A DNA stretch of 32,000 nt from Nitrosomonas europaea (lineage in GTDB: Bacteria > Pseudomonadota > Gammaproteobacteria > Burkholderiales > Nitrosomonadaceae). The notes under the pieces were generated by a model. That model made no database searches, was not told the origin of the DNA, and saw only the letters and a list, made by a program, of their open reading frames with translations. Both the position numbers and the translations under genes were made by a program. Shown in pieces: positions 26,973 to 32,000 of this stretch (the stretch's first letter is position 1; each line of letters begins with the position of its first letter). The DNA is taken from assembly GCF_900167395.1 (NCBI RefSeq), contig NZ_FUWK01000005.1, positions 53,649-85,648 on the forward strand, in the 5' to 3' direction.

Positions 26973-27527
26973 TCACTCCATCTGCAGCAATCTGTTCCAG
27001 TTCTCCTCATCCAGCAGACCGGCCGCCGCAGGCACAACAACAGCATCCCGATAACGCCACGCCAGATAATCGCGCTTTCTTTCCTGATAAGGCAACCCCT
27101 TGCCTTCGAGCTCCGGCAGGTATTCCACCATCCAACCCAGACGCGAAAACCAGGCAAAATCTGCTACATCCGTCACTAACACAGGTGCCAGATCCTGCCG
27201 GCTGGCCAGAAAGCGCTGGAAACCCAGGCAAGCATTACGTAACGAATCACGCTCCATACCGAGAGCCCAGATTAATAGAGCCCTGGCATCAGGGGCAGAA
27301 GAACTGTGCTTGAGGGTTGGCAGCCACGCTCTCCGTACCACCCGCGGTGGTACCAGGTGAATGAATACTAAAAATTGTCTTAACCGATGCTGCAGACGAC
27401 TCCCAAAATCCTTCGGTGGCTTGTCTACCAGCAAACTATAACGCGCCAGAAAAAATCGATCCAACCGATTCCCCCAGACAGCAAACTCTCTTCGCAAAAT
27501 ACGTGTGGCCTCGACGACATCCATCAT
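26973..27527 (-). CDS. 184-aa protein of unknown function, translationally coupled to the GT28-like gene
   Basis: The ATG overlaps the upstream stop (ATGA at 27524-27527). I recognise no family motif. It is Arg/Leu/Trp-rich with no obvious TM segment. Confidence 0.5.
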   Translation of the reverse strand: MMDVVEATRILRREFAVWGNRLDRFFLARYSLLVDKPPKDFGSRLQHRLRQFLVFIHLVPPRVVRRAWLPTLKHSSSAPDARALLIWALGMERDSLRNACLGFQRFLASRQDLAPVLVTDVADFAWFSRLGWMVEYLPELEGKGLPYQERKRDYLAWRYRDAVVVPAAAGLLDEENWNRLLQME

Positions 27528-28621
27528 CTCTTCCTCGCAGGAAGCAAAGCAAGAATCTCCTCTGCTGCCAAAGCAGCGCCATTCATCTGTATCTCTGGCT
27601 TCTCAGCAGGGGTATCAGCCAGCATTTTCAGCAGATCTGCGACAGCCTCGCTGCGCTGTGTATCCGTCTCGCAAGGCGACACCACCGCTGGAATCAGCTC
27701 AGCCACCATCTGCGCGCGGCGTATCTGATCATCCGCCAACTTATCATTAGGCACCAGCAGCGCCGGAATACCCGACTGCACCAGCTCACAGCAACTGTTA
27801 TAACCAGCCGCCCCGATGAAAACATCAAAAGCACGGAGATATCGCGCAAGAGGATACACAGAAACAGGTTTCACCCCAGACGGCAATTCAACATCACGCA
27901 CAGAAATCGGCGCCCGCGCCCATATCACCTGAAAGCCTGCTGCTGTAAACAACCGGATCAGACCATGGCCGATTCCGCTGACATCCTTGAGATTGCCCGG
28001 CCCAAGTGAAAAAAGGGCAAAACGCCCCTCTTCCGGCAAATTCAGTGCTTTGCGGGCCTGCTTTTTATCCAGTAACGCTTCGGACTCCAGCAAACATACC
28101 GGCGGCACCGTTACCCGTTTACCACCACCCTCAAGCGGTAACTCAGACTTCACTGCGCCAAGCTCACCCGGTTGAATAATCAGATCAAACAGATTTTCAT
28201 CCACCGGCGCGTGCATTACGTCTTCTTTAAGCAAGCCACGATTAGACCAAACCAGGGCTGATGCACCATGCGCTTTGCACGCGGCCAGAAATCCCTGGAA
28301 CGGCCAGGTACCATCAAACACAATTACCTTTGGCTGTACCCGCTCCAGCATCAGCCCAAAACGGAAAGTCAGCTCACTATTCCAGTGAAACGAAGCATTA
28401 GCCGACCAGAAATGAGAAACAAAATAATCCGCCTCAAACCCCATTTCCTCAATCATTTCAATAGCAGACGCCAGAGAAAAGAAAACAGGGCGTGCCCGAC
28501 CTTTCAACTGTTGCGCATACGCCAGACAACGGTTCAGATGCCCCATACCGGAGCCATTAACGTTGAAAAACAGAATACTTGGTAACTTCGGAGATTTAAA
28601 ACCCTGCACTGATCTTGTCAC
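27524..28621 (-). CDS. GT28/MurG-like (GT-B) glycosyltransferase
   Basis: The N-terminal glycine loop is [24 protein letters not shown]. The C-terminal [25 protein letters not shown] matches the MurG/GT28 C-domain pattern. The GTG start overlaps the ugd TGA (GTGA). Confidence 0.7.
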   Translation of the reverse strand: MTRSVQGFKSPKLPSILFFNVNGSGMGHLNRCLAYAQQLKGRARPVFFSLASAIEMIEEMGFEADYFVSHFWSANASFHWNSELTFRFGLMLERVQPKVIVFDGTWPFQGFLAACKAHGASALVWSNRGLLKEDVMHAPVDENLFDLIIQPGELGAVKSELPLEGGGKRVTVPPVCLLESEALLDKKQARKALNLPEEGRFALFSLGPGNLKDVSGIGHGLIRLFTAAGFQVIWARAPISVRDVELPSGVKPVSVYPLARYLRAFDVFIGAAGYNSCCELVQSGIPALLVPNDKLADDQIRRAQMVAELIPAVVSPCETDTQRSEAVADLLKMLADTPAEKPEIQMNGAALAAEEILALLPARKR

Positions 28622-29790
28622 AAATCATTACCAAACAAATCCCGCGTATAAACCTTATCTTTCACATCATCGAGCTGTGCTGAACAGCGGTTGGCCACAA
28701 TCACATCGCTCATCGCCTTGAATGCGGCCAAATCCCTGATCACACGGGATTTATAAAAATCCGGCGTATCCAGAACCGGCTCGTATACCACCACCTCGAT
28801 TCCCTTGGCCTTAAGCCGCTTCATCACACCCTGCACACTGGAAGCACGGAAATTATCACTACCAGCTTTCATCACCAGCCGGTAGATTCCCACTACTTTG
28901 GGATTACGCCGCACAATATCATCCGCCACAAAATCCTTGCGTGTGCGGTTAGCCTCCACAATGGCCTGCACCAGGTTTTGCGGTACCTGGGCATAATTGG
29001 CCAGCAGCTGCTTGGCATCCTTGGGCAGGCAATAACCACCATAGCCAAAGCTGGGGTTGTTGTAATGGCCACCTATCCGCGGATCCAGCCCTACGCCTTC
29101 GATAATCTGGCGTGTATCCAATCCGTGCACAGCAGCATAAGTATCCAGCTCGTTAAAAAACGCCACACGCATTGCCAGATAAGTATTGGCAAACAACTTG
29201 ATCGCCTCAGCCTCGGTGCTGTCAGTCAGCAACACGGGTACATCTTTTTTGATAGCGCCTTCACGCAGCAAATCAGCAAATACCTGAGCACGATCTGAGC
29301 ACTCACCCACCACAATGCGGCTGGGGTGCAGGTTATCGTACAGCGCCTTACCTTCACGCAAAAACTCGGGCGAGAAGAAGATGTTGCCGCTACCCGTTTC
29401 TTCTCGCAAACGCCGGGTAAAACCCACTGGTACGGTGGACTTGATCACCATCACCGCCCGTGGGTTGATAGCTAACACATCACGCACCACAGACTCCACT
29501 GAGCGGGTATTGAAATAATTGGTCTGCGGATCGTAATCCGTAGGTGTGGCAATGATCACCCAATCCGCCTCGGCATAAGCCTGCTGCTTATCCTGCGTAG
29601 CGGTAAAATTCAAAGACTTATGCGCCAGAAAATTCTGAACCTCTGCATCTTCAATAGGAGACTGCCTGTTATTCAACAACTCCACCTTATGTGCATCGAT
29701 ATCCAGCGCAGTCACTGCATGGTGCTGTGCCAACAGCATGGCATTGGAAAGACCGACATAACCAGTTCCAGCGATAGTTATTTTTTTCAT
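28618..29790 (-). CDS. ugd: UDP-glucose 6-dehydrogenase
   Basis: The 390-aa product has [21 protein letters not shown] (NAD-binding site), [14 protein letters not shown] and the catalytic Cys context [10 protein letters not shown]. Confidence 0.95.
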   Translation of the reverse strand: MKKITIAGTGYVGLSNAMLLAQHHAVTALDIDAHKVELLNNRQSPIEDAEVQNFLAHKSLNFTATQDKQQAYAEADWVIIATPTDYDPQTNYFNTRSVESVVRDVLAINPRAVMVIKSTVPVGFTRRLREETGSGNIFFSPEFLREGKALYDNLHPSRIVVGECSDRAQVFADLLREGAIKKDVPVLLTDSTEAEAIKLFANTYLAMRVAFFNELDTYAAVHGLDTRQIIEGVGLDPRIGGHYNNPSFGYGGYCLPKDAKQLLANYAQVPQNLVQAIVEANRTRKDFVADDIVRRNPKVVGIYRLVMKAGSDNFRASSVQGVMKRLKAKGIEVVVYEPVLDTPDFYKSRVIRDLAAFKAMSDVIVANRCSAQLDDVKDKVYTRDLFGNDL

Positions 29791-29865
29791 TTCAGTAAGT
29801 AGTAAATTGGTGGGTAGTGCGTGGCAACTTAATCAAATACCCCAGCTTCAATAAAAGACTTCCCT

Positions 29866-29885
29866 TTAGGGAACCTCTGAAAAAC
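29866..29885 (+). repeat. copy B of the TTAGGGAACCTCTGA motif (extended as ...AAAAC), left arm of an inverted-repeat pair
   Basis: Positions 29866-29880 are identical to the minus-strand motif at 6122-6136. Positions 29867-29885 match the reverse complement of 30058-30076 at 18 of 19 positions. Confidence 0.85.
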
Positions 29886-29997
29886 GTCGACGAGGCAATC
29901 AGTTCAAGGCAAAAATCGGTGACGCAAGCAAAGCGTATCGAACAGCCGTAAGGCTGGCCCGTAGGGCGAGGCGCTGGCGCCGAGTAAAAAGCGGAGT

Positions 29998-30228
29998 TTA
30001 TACATGATAAATGAGCATTTTAAGCCGATTTTTAACGCAGAAATGGCAACGCAGGTAGTTTTTCAGAGGTTCCTTAGCACCTTTGGCAGACATCAACGGT
30101 ACTATTTGCAGCTGCGGCCAGGTAATATTCAGAGTGGCATCGTTCCGGCAGATACAGCGTTCATACCCGGAAGCGTGAAAGTCGGCAGCCTTATAGAGGA
30201 AGTCTGCGCTCTCGCTGCGGCTTCTCAA
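29998..30228 (-). pseudogene. rmlC: C-terminal remnant of dTDP-4-dehydrorhamnose 3,5-epimerase
   Basis: SESADFLYKAADFHASGYERCICRNDATLNITWP aligns with E. coli RmlC [34 protein letters not shown] at 14 of 34 identities. An LMSAKGAKEPL segment matches the LS.KD..A region. A TGA lies immediately upstream, and I could not recover the N-terminal two thirds in any frame. Confidence 0.65.
30058..30076 (-). repeat. copy C of the motif (TAAGGAACCTCTGAAAAAC on the minus strand), right arm of the inverted-repeat pair
   Basis: See copy B. It lies inside the 3-prime end of the rmlC remnant. Confidence 0.85.
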
Positions 30229-30576
30229 CCATCACGCTCCCTGTTTCCCACTTCCTGCTTTACAACACCCACTCTCCCGAATAATCATTGTAGATACTTT
30301 AGATCAGGAACCTAACAATCATTCCCAAGAATTAGAGAAGATTTCGCCACTTTTTCTCATGCCAAATAAATAAAATGGGTAACCGCCTTACGGGCATGCC
30401 CGATCACAAACTGCTCGCAGGCATACCAGGTGGTTTCATCCGCAGCACAGTGGGCAAGATACCCAAAATAACCAGCAGCCCGTTTCGTTACGGCTGCACC
30501 GGAGGTTACCACACGACCAAACGACTTCGTTATGACAAGACACACGAAAATATGGGGTAAAACCAGGCAGTTATGT

Positions 30577-30913
30577 TTACGAATCTCTGGAATACCAGCA
30601 ATCGGGCTTTCTATGAAGGTGAGCAATAGCAACAATGAGGATTTCGTTTTTATCTTCCTGATATTGGTAAATCACTCCATAAGGAAATTTATATACCAGG
30701 CATCTGCGGGAGGAATATTTGCCTATTTTTGGTATGAAGATGGATACTGCACCATCCGACCTATAGCACGTACAACTTCGGCCTGAAATCGTAATCCGAG
30801 ATTCTCTTGTTCAGAATTGTAGTATTCAACCGCACTGCCTCGCGCTTGAATTCCGCGCTGAAGCACTGGCGCATCCTCTCCGGATTGACCTTGTTTGTTC
30901 CCTTACTTCCCAT
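30577..30913 (-). pseudogene. ParE/RelE-family type II toxin gene, disrupted by one or two frameshifts
   Basis: Three consecutive minus-strand frames give a contiguous toxin-like sequence. The first is (MGSKGTNKVNPER)MRQCFSAEFKREAV. The second is AVEYYNSEQENLGLRFQAEVVRAIGRMVQYPSSYQK, ending in a stop. The third is IGKYSSRRCLVYKFPYGVIYQYQEDKNEILIVAIAHLHRKPDCW. Together they match the family pattern A..YY....GLG..F...V...I..I...P........RR.....FPY.I.Y......I.I.A..H..R.P..W. The second shift is at an A5 run (30726-30730). A strong AAGGAGG SD precedes the ATG at 30913. Confidence 0.6.
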
Positions 30914-30984
30914 CGGACACCTCCTTCATCATTGTCTCCTGTTGAAGTGTCCGTCCATCCCAGGTTAGCTTAGTCTGTCCCTTA

Positions 30985-31245
30985 TTATTCATAGTGAAAT
31001 CGGCAAGCAATAATCACTAACTCAACATCAGTAACACGATAAACCAAACGATTAGTTTCATCGATACGTCTTGACCAATAACCCGACAATTCACCCCGCA
31101 GTGGTTCTGGTTTGCCAATACCAACAAATGGATCACGAGAAGCGGCAGTAATCAGAGAATTCAATCGCCTGAGCGTTTTTTTATCCTGGTCTTGCCAGTA
31201 AAGGTAAGCCTCCCACGCATCAGGAACAAAACGAATGGCACGCAC
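30985..31245 (-). CDS. yoeB: YoeB/Txe-family type II toxin (ribosome-dependent mRNA interferase)
   Basis: The 86-aa product contains WEAYLYWQDQDKKTLRRLNSLI...PFVGIGKPEPLRGELSGYWSRRIDETNRLVYRV...IIACRFHY, nearly colinear with E. coli YoeB. The GTG start lies 2 nt after the antitoxin stop. Confidence 0.95.
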   Translation of the reverse strand: MRAIRFVPDAWEAYLYWQDQDKKTLRRLNSLITAASRDPFVGIGKPEPLRGELSGYWSRRIDETNRLVYRVTDVELVIIACRFHYE

Positions 31246-31247
31246 GA

Positions 31248-31508
31248 TTAATCGGCAGAAAGCAATGGGTGGTCTTGTGCTTGTCCTGCCTTATCCTGAG
31301 CAATTGCCTTGGCTAAGGCTGCGGCATTTGCTGGATTACTGGTTAAGTGCAATGTTTCCATGATGCTGTTATAGCTATCCAGCGACATCACCACAGCATC
31401 ACCTTCTGCATCGCGACGACTAATAACAATTACATCAGCATCCTGAATGACATCATCCAAAATAGACTTTAACGCATTACGCGCATGCGAATAAGTAACA
31501 ACCTTCAT
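31248..31508 (-). CDS. yefM: Phd/YefM-family antitoxin
   Basis: From the ATG at 31508 the product reads MKVVTYSHARNALKSILDDVIQDADVIVISRRDAEGDAVVMSLDSYNSIMETLHLTSNPANA, matching the YefM pattern. The ORF-track extension to 31556 adds 16 unlikely residues. Confidence 0.93.
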   Translation of the reverse strand: MKVVTYSHARNALKSILDDVIQDADVIVISRRDAEGDAVVMSLDSYNSIMETLHLTSNPANAAALAKAIAQDKAGQAQDHPLLSAD

Positions 31509-31783
31509 GGCAACCTCATTTGCACAATAAATTGTACAAGTATAAAAAAGATACACACAAAATACAAGTCGCTGGAAAACGGGAACAGGTCACGGTTCTC
31601 ATAGAACATTCGGCAAGATCAAACGCAAGCGGCACGGCATAACTGCTCTCGTCAGAATAAAGCTTTAGGTGTAGTAGTTCAGATTTGATCTGACAGCAGG
31701 TCTTGCCAAGAGGTGGGATTACCCGGTTTGATAGAGGTGCGAATCTTTATCAACCAAACGCGAAAGCGTAAAGGAGTAATCCC

Positions 31784-32000
31784 ATGAGCAGTGTTCATCA
31801 TAAAATCATTAAACACAAGATTGGCTTGCTTAATCTGGCAGCTGAGCTTGGCAATGTATCCCGTGCCTGTAAGGTGATGGGTTTTTCTCGCGATACTTTC
31901 TATCGCTATCAGGCAGCTGTGGAAACAGGAGGTGTTGAAGCTCTGATAGATGCAAACCGACGTAAGCCCAATATCAAGAACCGTGTAGAAGAAGCGACGG
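31784..32000 (+). mobile_element. 5-prime part of an IS transposase gene (HTH N-terminus of the IS481-like rve/DDE type); continues beyond the window
   Basis: The ATG at 31784 has an AAGGAG SD 7 nt upstream. It translates as MSSVHHKIIKHKIGLLNLAAELGNVSRACKVMGFSRDTFYRYQAAVETGGVEALIDANRRKPNIKNRVEEAT, the HTH N-terminal pattern I associate with IS481-family transposases. The family assignment is from memory, and the IS end was not located. Confidence 0.7.

Noticed and set aside
29809-29823. GGTGGGTAGTGCGTG, which resembles the RfaH ops / JUMPstart element (GGCGGTAGCGTG) just upstream of ugd
   Set aside because: It lies on the plus strand, whereas ugd and the whole locus are transcribed on the minus strand. 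ops functions on the non-template strand of the transcribed direction, so this orientation cannot recruit RfaH to the locus. The match is also imperfect.
30830-30913. An IS3-family OrfA-like peptide (MRQCFSAEFKREAVRL) suggesting an IS3 transposase remnant
   Set aside because: The similarity is confined to FSxEFKxEAV. The adjacent frames continue seamlessly into a ParE/RelE-type toxin sequence. FS.EA..E..EAV.YY is also the normal N-terminus of that toxin family, so the toxin pseudogene explanation is more parsimonious.
17548-31560. Classical tRNA-targeted genomic island (integration at a tRNA 3-prime end)
   Set aside because: The accessory DNA abuts the 5-prime (promoter) side of tRNA-Pro, not a tRNA 3-prime end. 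I saw no integrase gene and no direct repeat of a tRNA 3-prime segment in the window. Apart from the hns insert, the G+C of the glycosyltransferase genes looks like the core genes.

Overview
This is a 32-kb chromosomal window of roughly 50% G+C. Gene content and order (ilvI-ilvH-ilvC, tldD / C-N hydrolase / yhdP, glnE) look betaproteobacterial. A Nitrosomonas-like organism is my guess, by inference only. Positions 1-17.9 kb are ordinary housekeeping: ilvC (partial), ilvH, ilvI, tldD, a nitrilase-superfamily hydrolase, yhdP, glnE, a heme-c fatty-acid cis/trans isomerase (cti), a lipoprotein gamma-glutamyltransferase, and a tRNA Pro-Arg-His operon with a near-consensus promoter. Positions 18.0-29.8 kb form an accessory polysaccharide locus, entirely on the minus strand, built from three translationally coupled modules. 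Module 1 is ugd, a GT28/MurG-like glycosyltransferase and an orphan 184-aa protein. Module 2 is a divergent CE4-like deacetylase and a GT4. Module 3 is a CgeB-family GT, a processive GT2 synthase (D,D,D,QxxRW), an SDR and an LtaS/BcsG-like alkaline-phosphatase-superfamily membrane transferase. I could not recognise any export or polymerase gene in the locus. The locus is split by an AT-rich insert that carries an intact H-NS gene, a truncated H-NS paralogue, about 870 bp without a credible ORF, and a 34-bp near-perfect palindrome. Positions 29.8-32 kb are a decay and mobility zone. They hold an rmlC C-terminal remnant, a frameshifted ParE/RelE-type toxin pseudogene, an intact yefM-yoeB pair and the 5-prime end of an IS transposase that runs off the window. 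A 15-nt motif (TTAGGGAACCTCTGA) recurs at gene 3-prime ends as inverted-repeat pairs. The best candidate for something undescribed is the export-less synthase / LtaS-like / deacetylase locus with its embedded H-NS pair. All functional statements about it are inference from motifs I could read by eye. I saw no CRISPR array, rRNA or recognisable phage-defence system.
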